DNA of 62,673 nt from Oscillospiraceae bacterium. GTDB taxonomy: Bacteria > Bacillota > Clostridia > Oscillospirales > Oscillospiraceae. The position numbers and the translations under genes were made by a program. How positions within the stretch are numbered: the first letter of the stretch is position 1; every line of letters begins with the position of its first letter. The stretch is taken from NCBI GenBank assembly GCA_015067605.1, contig SVME01000001.1:1-62673 (forward strand), written 5' to 3'. The notes beneath the pieces are model-generated. The model was given only the letters and a program-made list of their open reading frames with translations. It searched no databases and had not been told where the DNA came from. This document shows, piece after piece, positions 9,149 to 18,654 of this stretch.

Positions 9149-9856
9149 TCAGGTGATAAATGCATCGGTATATCCCGCATCTTTCAGTTTTTGCAGCAAC
9201 GCTTCGGCATTTTGCCGCTGGTTGAAAGCTCCTACCTGAACACGGTAAAGGGGGCCCGATTCGCCCTTTTCGGGAAGCTTCGCCCGATGTGCAATGACAC
9301 GAACGATGGAAGCAGCGCATTGATCTGCAAATTTTTCTGTAAGAATAATCGGTACATCCACGCTACTATCCATAAATCCTAGCTCCAGAAGCACTGCCGG
9401 CATGACTGTCTCCCGAACCTCGTGAAGATTTTGTCGAGTCAACGGCTGGGCACGGTTCCCTTTCAGTCCGGTTTGACGAATCAATTCGTCATAAAAGGCC
9501 TATTGCCATTGCACAGATTCATTTTGGGGGTCGGTGTAGACGATAGCGATAATTCCGCCACCCTTTCCGCCGTTGATGCCTGCGTTATGGTGGATAGACA
9601 GGTACAAATCTGCTTTCCACTGGTTTGCTGCGTCGGTACGTTTTTGTAAGGGAACGTCCGTTTCCCCGGTAGTATCATCGATTCTCAGCATCTGATAGCC
9701 TGTATAGTTTTGTTTCAACAGCTGTTCCACCCGATTCGCCACCCGGTTATTCAGGACCCACTCACGGGTTTAGTTTGGATCTAACGTTTTCATGACACGC
9801 TTTCCTGCTGTACCTTTGTAATGTCCTGCGTTCAACGCAAGCTTAAAATCCGCCAT
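9149..9856 (-). pseudogene. N-acetylmuramoyl-L-alanine amidase (Amidase_3) plus SPOR domain, broken by two in-frame stops
   Basis: Single frame MADFKLALNAGH...DPN*TREWVLN...LSIHHNA...QWQ*AFYDEL...PAVLLELGFMD...LYRVQVGAF; stops TAA 9770-9772 and TAG 9500-9502. Confidence 0.88.
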
Positions 9857-10187
9857 AAGAATACCCCCTGTTGTTTTGCGTTGCATTATCCTATCCGCCG
9901 TTGTATATTTCGTGACAGGAGTTCCGACACACTAAAAACCGGCTTACGAAGCCCATACCGCTTGCGATGTCCACGGTGTTGTTCTGGCAGTGGAAGTTAC
10001 CCTCGGCAATGTCCATGACAGTGTTCCCTTTGACGATGTTTACGATAAGGTAGTAGAAAAGTTTCCCAAGCTAGTCCATATGGTTGATAAACCTAATACA
10101 TAAGTATTTGCGGATTCAAATCCCTGTTCCACTTTGCCAATAGAACCTTTCTTTTCTCTAAACAAACTGTCGTTTCCTCTAAAAGAT

Positions 10188-10213
10188 GTGCGGGTTCCCG
10201 GAGGAACCCGCAC
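10188..10213 (-). terminator. Intrinsic terminator
   Basis: GTGCGGGTTCC-CGGA-GGAACCCGCAC hairpin followed on the minus strand by ATCTTTT. Confidence 0.75.
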
Positions 10214-10228
10214 TGTTACGTTTTGTGA

Positions 10229-11707
10229 TTACTGGAATGCGGCGCTGATGTTCAGCAGCAGCATCATCAAATCATCCTCGGACATGGTCAGAAGATTGGC
10301 GTACTTCGGAGCAGCGGGCACATCGCTGGGGGCAATGGCCTCAGCGCCAAACAGAATATCCAGCTTGGTGGTTTCGCCTGCCGCTTCGATAGAAGCAATG
10401 GTCAGCTCCAAATCCTTATCCGTCAGCTTGAAGGTGCCATTAGCAGCCAGCTTCTCGCCCTCAGCCTCAAGAGTGATTTCATAAGCGTAGCTGGAAGAGT
10501 CGTAGGACAGGGATGCGGTCATCAGTTCCATATCGTTGCCGTCCTCGGCCATGGAAATGGACAGAGTGTACTCAGACTTGCTACCCTGAACATCACGGTC
10601 AATGGCCATGAGGACGTTTTCATCCTCGCCATTGTTCAGTTCAAAGGTATACTTGTCGCTCTCGGTCAGGTTCTCACCCAAATCGATGTTCAGGTACACG
10701 CCGCCTTCCTCACCTTCAACAGTGCCGGAGAAAGCACCCTGAGCGGTCATGATGTAGCCGGTCTTAGCGTTGACATTCACAGTGAACTCCAGAGTCAAAT
10801 CCGCATTCTCGAAGAAGGTAGCGACCTCGCCCTTTGCGCTCTCAATCATCTCAGCAATGTCAGCAGCCTCGAACGCACCCTGCTCCACATAGGCAGCCAG
10901 ATAATCGCTCATAGACTCAACGTACTCGGCATACCAGTCCAGCAGAATGTTGACCATTTTCTGCATAGCGGCGGAATCAGCGGAATAGGTTACGATAACC
11001 GCGTCCACATCCTTGCCATCAACGCTGGCCTTGCCCTCAGCAACGGTCTTATTCACATTACTCAGCACGTCAGTCAGAGCGTCCTCAAGGCCGCTCAAGG
11101 GGGCGCTCATTCCCTCCAGCATACCGGACAGTTCGTCCAAATCACCGGTCATACCCTCCAGAGAGGTGGCCAGCTCAGACATAAACTCCTCATAATCAAC
11201 ACCCAACAGCTCCCAAATGGCAGAGTCAGGCAGATCGTTGACAATGGTGTCCAAGCTAACGCCATAAGCTCCGTCCACCACCTCGGGCAGTGCCAAAACT
11301 ACGTCATGCTCATTGAGATAAACCTCAACATCCAGTTCAACGCCCTCAATGTTCAGGCTCAGCTGGTCAACGAACTCCAGCTTATTGGTGTTCATGTACA
11401 GCACATTGTCCACATAGTCACCGACAGTGACAGTAATCTTACCACACTGCAGGGCTTTCTCCAGCGCACTCATATCAGTACTGCTGGCAAACATGGCACT
11501 CAGCGTTCTTTCCAGAGCGGCCTCGGCCTTTTCCTCAGGGGTTTCGGGCTTCTGAACATTGCCGCCCTGCTGATTCTGATTGGACTCATTGGAAGTGCCC
11601 TCGCCGCCATCAGACTTGGCAGTGTCCGCAGACTCACCGCAGCCGCACAGCATCAAAGCAAAGCAGAGAACCAAAATCAGAAGCTTCGCAAATACAGATT
11701 TCTTCAT
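10229..11707 (-). CDS. Acidic lipoprotein of unknown function
   Basis: Lipobox LCGC, Ser/Gly/Gln linker, very acidic body; AAGGAGG RBS favours ATG 11707. Confidence 0.85.
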   Translation of the reverse strand: MKKSVFAKLLILVLCFALMLCGCGESADTAKSDGGEGTSNESNQNQQGGNVQKPETPEEKAEAALERTLSAMFASSTDMSALEKALQCGKITVTVGDYVDNVLYMNTNKLEFVDQLSLNIEGVELDVEVYLNEHDVVLALPEVVDGAYGVSLDTIVNDLPDSAIWELLGVDYEEFMSELATSLEGMTGDLDELSGMLEGMSAPLSGLEDALTDVLSNVNKTVAEGKASVDGKDVDAVIVTYSADSAAMQKMVNILLDWYAEYVESMSDYLAAYVEQGAFEAADIAEMIESAKGEVATFFENADLTLEFTVNVNAKTGYIMTAQGAFSGTVEGEEGGVYLNIDLGENLTESDKYTFELNNGEDENVLMAIDRDVQGSKSEYTLSISMAEDGNDMELMTASLSYDSSSYAYEITLEAEGEKLAANGTFKLTDKDLELTIASIEAAGETTKLDILFGAEAIAPSDVPAAPKYANLLTMSEDDLMMLLLNISAAFQ

Positions 11708-11798
11708 TCTCAATTTCCTCCTTAATTCATATTATCACGTCAAATGACCTGATACACCGGTATTATACTCTATGTCCCTGTTGATTGCAACCAGTTTT

Positions 11799-12218
11799 TT
11801 ACACAGGAAATAAATTAGTATAGTAAATCCAGAAGGGTAGAATCAGCGTAAAAATACTAATCAGCCACGGATACAGCGCTTTCTTCGACAACAACACCAG
11901 CAGGATGCAAAAAGCCGTCACCGCCACGGGGGCAATCACCGCCAACTCCTTCGGCACAAGCATATAGAATTCGCCGTTAGACAGTAGCCAAATGCCCACG
12001 CTATCCGGCAGCCGCGCCATATTCTGCAGGGCTAGAACAATCGCCGCAATAGACACAGGCACCGCCATGAACACGGTACGCAGCCGGTACAGATACGACC
12101 AGGTAATCTGCAGGAAGCTGGCGATTTTGCGAAGCACCTTGCCGGTCGTAGTCCGGAACGGTTTTGTTTTCACGCAAATCAAATTCCATTTTTCTTCAAT
12201 AATGGCAAAAAAATTCAT
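11799..12218 (-). CDS. Hypothetical membrane protein (about 3 TM)
   Basis: GGGAGG RBS before MNFF; hydrophobic C-terminal two-thirds. Confidence 0.75.
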   Translation of the reverse strand: MNFFAIIEEKWNLICVKTKPFRTTTGKVLRKIASFLQITWSYLYRLRTVFMAVPVSIAAIVLALQNMARLPDSVGIWLLSNGEFYMLVPKELAVIAPVAVTAFCILLVLLSKKALYPWLISIFTLILPFWIYYTNLFPV

Positions 12219-12373
12219 ACAGAACCTCCCATCATCGCTTTTTACTATCATAGCACACTACGGCGCAGGATGCAAGATGAAGATTTATTAACATTTTCCG
12301 AATAAGTCCGTTTTATTGGACATATAGTCTGCTATCCTTGTTGTAGATAAATGAATGAAGGAGGTAACAATCT

Positions 12374-12523
12374 ATGAAATCCACCCAAACTCACCCCAAA
12401 GCTCCCCGCTACCCCAACGCCGCCGACCGCCGCTACTATCTCGAAAAGCTCCTGGACGGAGCGCTGGCTACCGTTACCGGCATCGGTGCCTTCGTGGCTC
12501 TCGTGTTCCTTATCCTTCTATAA
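12374..12523 (+). CDS. Small 49-aa membrane protein (not in ORF track)
   Basis: AAGGAGGT RBS; MKSTQTHPKAPRYPNAADRRYYLEKLLDGALATVTGIGAFVALVFLILL*, with a C-terminal TM helix. Confidence 0.7.
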   Translation: MKSTQTHPKAPRYPNAADRRYYLEKLLDGALATVTGIGAFVALVFLILL

Positions 12524-13013
12524 GCGTCTGGATATCCGACTGTCTGAGAATGCGGCAGTCGGATATTCTTTCTTTCTCAATCTGAATAAGCGCCACACTG
12601 CCGCCGTAGTAGCCGCAGCTCCCCGGATTCACCACCCAAAGATCATCCTCACAAAAACAGCATGCCTCGTGAGTATGTCCAAACAGCACAGCCGCAGCAT
12701 CCGCTTTTTTCGCTTCGCTGATTAGACGATAGGGATTTGATTTCACACCGTGCAGATGTCCATGTGTTATAAAGATGCGCACCCCGCCTATAAGCGGCAC
12801 CAGAATCTGCGGCTCGCTCCAATCGCAACGGTATCGGTCGCAGTTACCCGGAACCTGATAAAAACGGATATAAGGAAACTCCTCCGCCATTGCGGCACCG
12901 TCATCATAATGATCTCCCAAATGCGCCACCACATCCGGCTTAAGCGCCTCAATGCACCGGCGCATAAAACTCAGCGCTGAATGAGAATCCGATAAAACTA
13001 GTAGCTTCATCAT
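12510..13013 (-). CDS. Metallophosphoesterase (YfcE/YsnB family)
   Basis: SDSH, HLGD, GNCD, THGH, FGHTH and NPGS motifs. Confidence 0.93.
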   Translation of the reverse strand: MMKLLVLSDSHSALSFMRRCIEALKPDVVAHLGDHYDDGAAMAEEFPYIRFYQVPGNCDRYRCDWSEPQILVPLIGGVRIFITHGHLHGVKSNPYRLISEAKKADAAAVLFGHTHEACCFCEDDLWVVNPGSCGYYGGSVALIQIEKERISDCRILRQSDIQTLIEG

Positions 13014-13095
13014 TCACTAACCGTCCTTTTCGTGCATATAGTATATCGAATCATATCTATTTCATTATAGCAGTTATTTTGACAGGAGGCAACCA

Positions 13096-13332
13096 ATGGA
13101 ACGCAAATCTGACGATTTTTCCATCCGGGATGCTATGCGGCTGGCCAACAGCCCCGCCGGACAGCAATTATTCCACCTTCTTCAGGCGCAAGATCCTGAC
13201 GCAATGAGTAAAGCCATGGCGGACGCTTCCTCCGGCGATTACGGGAAGGTGAAGCAGACTCTGTCCGCCATGCTGGACTCGCCCCAGATTCGGCAGCTGA
13301 TGGAGCGGCTGAAGGAGGATTCCAATGGCTGA
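13096..13332 (+). CDS. Small hypothetical protein, probably sporulation-related
   Basis: AGGAGG RBS; first of three coupled small ORFs; CATATAGT (sigmaE/K-like -10) at about 13035. Confidence 0.7.
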   Translation: MERKSDDFSIRDAMRLANSPAGQQLFHLLQAQDPDAMSKAMADASSGDYGKVKQTLSAMLDSPQIRQLMERLKEDSNG

Positions 13333-13639
13333 GCTGGAAGATAAACTGAATTCCATACTGAGCGACCCAAAAATGATGCAACAGCTAATGTCCATGGCCC
13401 AGTCCCTGAGCGGCAGTGATGAGGCCAGCGAGCCAATGCCGAATTTCGACCCGGGTATGCTGAAAAAAATTTCCTCTATCGCAAATCACAGCTCCATCGA
13501 CCGCAATCAACAAATGCTTCTAAAAGCCCTGCATCCTTATCTGAGTCAACAGCGGATCCGCAAACTGGAAAGAGCCATGCGAGCCGCTCAAATGGCAAAG
13601 GTTGCCACCGGCGTGCTTCAATTTCAATCAAGCAGGTGA
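13325..13639 (+). CDS. Small hypothetical protein, probably sporulation-related
   Basis: AAGGAGG RBS; overlaps the previous stop; ILSDPKMMQQLMSMA and LLKALHPYLS...KLERA patterns seen in small clostridial proteins. Confidence 0.75.
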   Translation: MAELEDKLNSILSDPKMMQQLMSMAQSLSGSDEASEPMPNFDPGMLKKISSIANHSSIDRNQQMLLKALHPYLSQQRIRKLERAMRAAQMAKVATGVLQFQSSR

Positions 13640-13643
13640 TATT

Positions 13644-13964
13644 ATGTATAACCGTTATGTCCCACAGCCGGACGGAAGCTATCGTCGGAACCGGATGCCG
13701 GAGCCCGTTCGACCGGTACCGCCGCCTCCCTGTCCGCCACAGCCGGAACCGGAGCCTCCAAGGCCTCTGCCTCCGCCCCAGCACCATCCCCGTCCCCCAA
13801 GGAAGGAGCCGGATTCCATATCCGGATTCTTCCGCCGGCTGCTGCCGAGAGATTTTGACACCGGAGATTTACTGATCATCATTCTATTGCTTCTGATGGC
13901 CGGCGACTGCGCCGATGATCAAAACAGCGCACTGCTCACACTGGTACTGTATTTCTTTATGTAG
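13644..13964 (+). CDS. Proline-rich small membrane protein
   Basis: MYNRY start after AGGTG; poly-Pro tract; DTGDLLIIILLLLM hydrophobic tail. Confidence 0.75.
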   Translation: MYNRYVPQPDGSYRRNRMPEPVRPVPPPPCPPQPEPEPPRPLPPPQHHPRPPRKEPDSISGFFRRLLPRDFDTGDLLIIILLLLMAGDCADDQNSALLTLVLYFFM

Positions 13965-13967
13965 ACG

Positions 13968-13997
13968 AATGCCCGGAGCCATACAGCCCCGGGCATT
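13968..13997. terminator. Bidirectional stem-loop terminator
   Basis: AATGCCCGG...CCGGGCATT between convergent genes. Confidence 0.65.
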
Positions 13998-14001
13998 TGA
14001 A

Positions 14002-14211
14002 TTAGTTTAGAAACATGATTAGTCCAATGATACATAAAAGCGCTATACCAACGCCAATGGAGAATACAACCAAACAAACCAGCAGCGATATCAGCAAACG
14101 AAGGGGCTTGCTCTTGATTTTTCGCCGCATCCGGACAAATAGATGCTCCGACAGCCAGTCACCTATGGATGTCGGCAATATTTCCATCAGGAAATCAGCG
14201 ATTACTTCCAT
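14002..14211 (-). CDS. Small membrane protein (69 aa)
   Basis: Starts 1 nt after the trpS stop; long hydrophobic C-terminus. Confidence 0.55.
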   Translation of the reverse strand: MEVIADFLMEILPTSIGDWLSEHLFVRMRRKIKSKPLRLLISLLVCLVVFSIGVGIALLCIIGLIMFLN

Positions 14212-14212
14212 C

Positions 14213-15226
14213 TTACTTCGCCACGAATCCTACTTTTTTGTAGACCTTACGCAGAGTCTTTTCCGCAACATAACTGGCCTTCTGGGCACCCTCACGATAC
14301 ACACTCTCCAGGTATGCCTTATCCTTCATCAGACGGGCAGATTCCTCACGGATGGGTCGCAAATGCTCCACCACCGCCTCGCCAACAACAGGCTTGAACT
14401 TACCATAGCCGCAGCCAATGAACTCGTTTTCAATCTGCTCGTAGGTCTTTCCGGTAACCGCAGAGTAAATGGTCATCAGGTTAGCCACACCAGGCTTATT
14501 TTCCTTGTCATAACGGACGCAGTTTTCCGTGTCAGAATCGGTGATGGCACGCTTGAACTGCTTCATTACCACCTCGGGGGGATCCATCAATAGAACTCGC
14601 CCGGTGTCTTCGTTTTCGGACTTGGACATTTTGGCCAGCGGGTTGGTCAAACTCATAATTCGAGCACCAACCTTCGGAACGAAAGGCTCGGGAATCTTAA
14701 ACACATCGCCGTAAATACCATTGAAACGGCGGGCAATCACATGGGTCAGCTCCACGTGCTGCTTCTGATCCTCGCCAACAGGCACTAAATCCGGCTGGTA
14801 CAGGAGAATATCGCCCGCCATCAGGCTGGGATAAGTAAACAGACCAGCGTTGATATTATCAGCATTCTTGGCAGATTTGTCCTTAAACTGGGTCATGCGG
14901 CTCAGCTCACCGAACATGGAATAGCAATCCAGCACCCATCCCAGCTCCGCATGCTGGTGGACATGGCTCTGGATGAACAGGGTGTTCTTCTGAGGATCCA
15001 GACCGCAGGCGATATACTGGGCCAACTGCTCCAGCGTACGCCGGCGCAAATCCGCCGGATTTTGACGAACAGTAATGGCGTGCAAATCCGCCATGAAATA
15101 GAAACAATCATATTCCTCGGCACGCTCGGCCCAATTCTTCACCGCTCCCAAATATGAGCCCAGTGTCAAATCTCCGGAGGGCTTGATGCCGGAAAGCATT
15201 CTCTTTTTAATTTGTGTTTCTTCCAT
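14213..15226 (-). CDS. trpS: Tryptophan--tRNA ligase
   Basis: SGIKPSG..TLGSYLG, VPVGEDQKQH and KMSKS motifs. Confidence 0.97.
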   Translation of the reverse strand: MEETQIKKRMLSGIKPSGDLTLGSYLGAVKNWAERAEEYDCFYFMADLHAITVRQNPADLRRRTLEQLAQYIACGLDPQKNTLFIQSHVHQHAELGWVLDCYSMFGELSRMTQFKDKSAKNADNINAGLFTYPSLMAGDILLYQPDLVPVGEDQKQHVELTHVIARRFNGIYGDVFKIPEPFVPKVGARIMSLTNPLAKMSKSENEDTGRVLLMDPPEVVMKQFKRAITDSDTENCVRYDKENKPGVANLMTIYSAVTGKTYEQIENEFIGCGYGKFKPVVGEAVVEHLRPIREESARLMKDKAYLESVYREGAQKASYVAEKTLRKVYKKVGFVAK

Positions 15227-15257
15227 AACATTGTGCCTCTTTCTATGCTTTATACGC

Positions 15258-15508
15258 TAAATTATCGTTTAGCGGCGAAGTCGCCAAAGCCTCCCTCTGA
15301 TGAGGGAGGTGGGCCGAAGGGCCGGAGGGAGAGAAAATGTTCGGATTTTATCTCTCCCCCAGACAAAAATCAGCTTTTGAGAAGCTGATTTTTGCCACAT
15401 AGTATTTGTTCGATTGCCGCTGGCAATCGTTCATTTACAATCGCTACGCTACCCTCGTCAGAGGGGGCCTTTGGGCGCTCCCTCGCCAGTGCGCTAAACG
15501 ATAATTTA
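15258..15508. mobile_element. MITE-like element (251 bp) with perfect 17-bp terminal inverted repeats and internal palindromes
   Basis: TAAATTATCGTTTAGCG (15258-15274) and CGCTAAACGATAATTTA (15492-15508); internal CCTCCCTCTGATGAGGGAGG, AAAAATCAGCTT..AAGCTGATTTTT and CCCTCGTCAGAGGG hairpins; no transposase ORF. Confidence 0.8.
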
Positions 15509-15523
15509 CAACTCAATGTAACT

Positions 15524-15552
15524 ATGATACCACATTCTAAATTAAAACGCAA
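15524..15552 (-). promoter_or_regulatory. SigmaA-like promoter for trpS
   Basis: TTGCGT-17 nt-TATCAT on the minus strand, with an extended -10 TG. Confidence 0.55.
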
Positions 15553-15559
15553 CGAAAAA

Positions 15560-15588
15560 TTGACTTTATTCATTTGGGATGTTATAGT
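15560..15588 (+). promoter_or_regulatory. SigmaA-like promoter for gltX
   Basis: TTGACT-17 nt-TATAGT, with an extended -10 TG. Confidence 0.6.
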
Positions 15589-15623
15589 ATTCACAGATTT
15601 AATTGAAAGACAGAGGTTTTACC

Positions 15624-17270
15624 ATGGACTATCAAGCATTAGCTGACCTTTTATTCCCCAACGTCACCGAAACTCCCGATTCTCTGGAGGAAAAATTCCC
15701 CCTGCGGCAACTTCCCGAGGGTGCAGTGGTCACCCGTATGGCCCCCTCCCCCACTGGCTTTGTCCATCTGGGCAATCTTGTGCAAGGCCTGACCGCCGAG
15801 CGCATGGCCCACCAATCCGGCGGCATCCTGTTCCTCCGTGTGGAGGACACCGATGCAAAGCGAGAGGTACCCGGTGCTGTGGAGGTGCTGATCAACACCC
15901 TGAAGCACTACGGCATCCATTTTGACGAGGGCGCCACCATCGACGGCGACAACGGCGCTTACGGCCCCTACCGTCAGCGTCAGCGGGCGGACATTTACCA
16001 CGTTTACGCCAAAAAACTGGTATCCGAGGGCATGGCATACCCTTGCTTCTGCACCGAGGAAGAACTGTCCGCCATGCGTGAGAAGCAGGAGGCTAACAAG
16101 GAAACCACCGGCTACTATGGCAAGTACGCCACGTGGCGTGACCGCTCCGCAGAGGACATTCAGGCAAAGCTGGATGCTAGTGCGCCTTGGGTGCTGCGCT
16201 TCCGTTCCACCGGCTCCATCGAAAACCAGTTTAAGTTCGATGACTTGGTGAAGGGCAAACTGACCATTACTGAAAATGATGTAGACCATGTGTTGCTGAA
16301 GTCTGACGGCATCCCCACCTACCATTTCGCACACGCCGTGGATGACCATCTGATGCGCACCACCCATGTGGTACGTGGCGACGAGTGGCTCCCCACCCTG
16401 CCCTTCCACATTCAGCTGTTCAAGGCACTGGACTTCAAGCTGCCCAAATACGTCCACATCGGCCCCCTGATGAAGATGGACGGCACCTCCAAGCGCAAGC
16501 TGAGCAAGCGCAAGGATCCGGAGCTGGCCCTGACCTACTATAAGGCAGAGGGCTTCCCCGTAGAGGCGGTTTACGAGTATATCATGACGCTGCTGAACTC
16601 CAACTACGAGGACTGGCGCAGAGCCAACCCCACCGCCGACCCCACAACCTTCAAATTCAGCCCCAAGAAACTGAATCCAGCCGGCAACCTGTTCGACTAC
16701 GCCAAGCTGACGGACGTTTCCAAAAACGAAATCGCCAAAATGGATGCCCCCAAGGTCTATGCTCTGCTCACCGAATGGGCAAAGGAGTTTGACGAAGATT
16801 TCGCCACCAAGCTGGAGAGTGATTCTGAGTTCGCCACCAAAATTCTCGCCATCGGCCGTGGCGGTAAAAAGCCCCGCAAGGACATCGCCACTTGGAAGGA
16901 AGCCAAGCCTTACATGGGCTTCTTCTATGACGAATACCTGCAGGAGCCCGTTTTTGACGAAAAATTTGATAACGCAACCATTATCGACGTGCTGAATCGT
17001 TTCCTGAACAGCTTCAATATTGCGGACGATTCCGGTATCTGGTTCGATAAGGTCAAGAACATCACCGAGGATATCGGCTTCACCACCGACATGAAAGCCT
17101 ACAAGGCCGACCCCAGCGCTTTCAAGGGCACTGTCGCTGACGTTTCCACCTTCATCCGTCAAGCGGTCACCGGCAAAACCAGCTCCCCCGACCTGTACAC
17201 CGTGATGCAGATTCTTGGCGAACAACGCACCAGAGAGCGCATCCAGAACACCATCGCCCGTCTTTCCTAA
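15624..17270 (+). CDS. gltX: Glutamate--tRNA ligase
   Basis: RMAPSPTGFVHLGN, LRVEDTD, AYPCFCT, PTYHFAHAVDD and KLSKR motifs. Confidence 0.95.
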   Translation: MDYQALADLLFPNVTETPDSLEEKFPLRQLPEGAVVTRMAPSPTGFVHLGNLVQGLTAERMAHQSGGILFLRVEDTDAKREVPGAVEVLINTLKHYGIHFDEGATIDGDNGAYGPYRQRQRADIYHVYAKKLVSEGMAYPCFCTEEELSAMREKQEANKETTGYYGKYATWRDRSAEDIQAKLDASAPWVLRFRSTGSIENQFKFDDLVKGKLTITENDVDHVLLKSDGIPTYHFAHAVDDHLMRTTHVVRGDEWLPTLPFHIQLFKALDFKLPKYVHIGPLMKMDGTSKRKLSKRKDPELALTYYKAEGFPVEAVYEYIMTLLNSNYEDWRRANPTADPTTFKFSPKKLNPAGNLFDYAKLTDVSKNEIAKMDAPKVYALLTEWAKEFDEDFATKLESDSEFATKILAIGRGGKKPRKDIATWKEAKPYMGFFYDEYLQEPVFDEKFDNATIIDVLNRFLNSFNIADDSGIWFDKVKNITEDIGFTTDMKAYKADPSAFKGTVADVSTFIRQAVTGKTSSPDLYTVMQILGEQRTRERIQNTIARLS

Positions 17271-17274
17271 TGTT

Positions 17275-17309
17275 AAACACCTCGGTTCAGGTTGAACCGA
17301 GGTGTTTTT
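17275..17309. terminator. Bidirectional intrinsic terminator
   Basis: AAACACCTCGGTTCA-GGT-TGAACCGAGGTGTTTTT between convergent gltX and the opp operon. Confidence 0.85.
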
Positions 17310-17313
17310 ACGA

Positions 17314-17553
17314 TTACATGACAGAAAAGATAAAATAGGCAATCATATACACGATGCACAGTCCGACAACAACCACAAGCATAGGCATGAACATCATTTT
17401 TACCGCTGCCCAGTAGGTCTTCCATACCTCCTTGGCCTCGGGACGGGGACGTGCGGGATGACGCTTTGAAAGCCGCCGGCCGCCAACATTGGACATATCC
17501 GCAAGAGTTCTGCCGTCATCGATATATGTAATCTTTTCCTTTTTCTTTCCCAT
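17314..17553 (-). CDS. Small membrane protein, last gene of the opp operon
   Basis: AAGGAG RBS; ITYIDDGRTLADMS N-terminus; C-terminal TM. Confidence 0.75.
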   Translation of the reverse strand: MGKKKEKITYIDDGRTLADMSNVGGRRLSKRHPARPRPEAKEVWKTYWAAVKMMFMPMLVVVVGLCIVYMIAYFIFSVM

Positions 17554-17568
17554 GGCTCGCTCCTTCGC

Positions 17569-18654
17569 TTACAGCAGGTGGCAGGCAGCAAAGTGACCGG
17601 GCTCGTGCTCCTTGTACTCCGGAGGAACGTGCTTGCACACCTCAGTAGCATAGGGGCAACGGGTATGGAACCGACAGCCCTTAGGGGGATTGGCAGGAGA
17701 AGGAATATCTCCCTCCAGCTTAATACGCTCCATCTTCACCGTAGGATCCGGATTGGGAACTGCAGAAAATAGTGCCTTGGTATACGGATGCAGCGGATTA
17801 TTGAAAATATCCTCCTTGGTGCCAAATTCCATCATACCGCCCAAATACATAACGCCAATCTTGTCGGAAATAAACTTGACCACGGACAAATCATGGGAGA
17901 TGAACACGTAGGCCAGGTTCATTTCTCGCTGAAGCTGCTTCAGCAGATTGATAATCTGAGCCTGAATGGAAACGTCCAGAGCGGAAACCGGCTCGTCACA
18001 AATGACAAGCTTAGGATTCACAGAAAGCGCACGGGCAATACAGATACGCTGGCGCTGTCCACCGGAGAACTCATGCGGATAGCGTTCAAAATAGTAATCC
18101 CGCAGACCACACTTATCCATCAATTCAAGAACGTAATTCTTAATCTGATTCTTGGGGACAATCTTATGCACCTCAACGGGCTCCGACAGAATGCCGCCGA
18201 CAGTATCTCTGGGAGGTAGAGAGGAATATGGATCCTGGAAGATAATCTGCATCTGCTTGCGAATCTCACGCATCTGCTTAGAATTATACTTCGTAATATC
18301 CTTGCCGTCGAAGATAATCTGACCACCGGTGGGCTGATGAAGCTTCAGAATCGCACGGCCAGTGGTCGTCTTGCCACAGCCGGATTCGCCAACAATGCCC
18401 AAGGTTTCACCGGGATAAAGCCTGAACGACACATCATCCACAGCCACCAGCTCACGGGTGACCTTACCAGTAATGGTCTTCTGAAGCGGGAAGCATTTGC
18501 GCAGGTGCCGAACCTCTAGCAGTGCCTGAGGGTCGAAGGGCTGTGCGCAATCTTCCGCAATCTGCTGCGCACGCTTGGCCTTGAACTCCGCAGCGATGGC
18601 GGCATCGTCATAAACGACTTCCGGAGCATTATTCACAACTTGATTATTAGCCAT
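17569..18654 (-). CDS. oppF: Oligopeptide ABC transporter ATP-binding protein OppF
   Basis: [30 protein letters not shown] and C-terminal GCRFHTRC motifs. Confidence 0.93.
   Translation of the reverse strand: MANNQVVNNAPEVVYDDAAIAAEFKAKRAQQIAEDCAQPFDPQALLEVRHLRKCFPLQKTITGKVTRELVAVDDVSFRLYPGETLGIVGESGCGKTTTGRAILKLHQPTGGQIIFDGKDITKYNSKQMREIRKQMQIIFQDPYSSLPPRDTVGGILSEPVEVHKIVPKNQIKNYVLELMDKCGLRDYYFERYPHEFSGGQRQRICIARALSVNPKLVICDEPVSALDVSIQAQIINLLKQLQREMNLAYVFISHDLSVVKFISDKIGVMYLGGMMEFGTKEDIFNNPLHPYTKALFSAVPNPDPTVKMERIKLEGDIPSPANPPKGCRFHTRCPYATEVCKHVPPEYKEHEPGHFAACHLL

Noticed and set aside
9149-9856. Stop-codon readthrough (pyrrolysine or alternative code) in the amidase
   Set aside because: The stops are of two kinds (TAA and TAG), and both end normal genes in this window.
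9890-10140. Coding-like minus-strand fragment (GKVEQGFESANTYVLGLSTNMD*LGKLFYY...)
   Set aside because: May be a gene remnant, but it has no start and I cannot assign a family.
15370-15646. ORFs within the trpS-gltX intergenic region
   Set aside because: They fall on the MITE and divergent promoters; no transposase motifs.
15651-17342. 563-aa ORF antisense to gltX
   Set aside because: Shadow frame of a codon-biased essential gene; no RBS or motifs.
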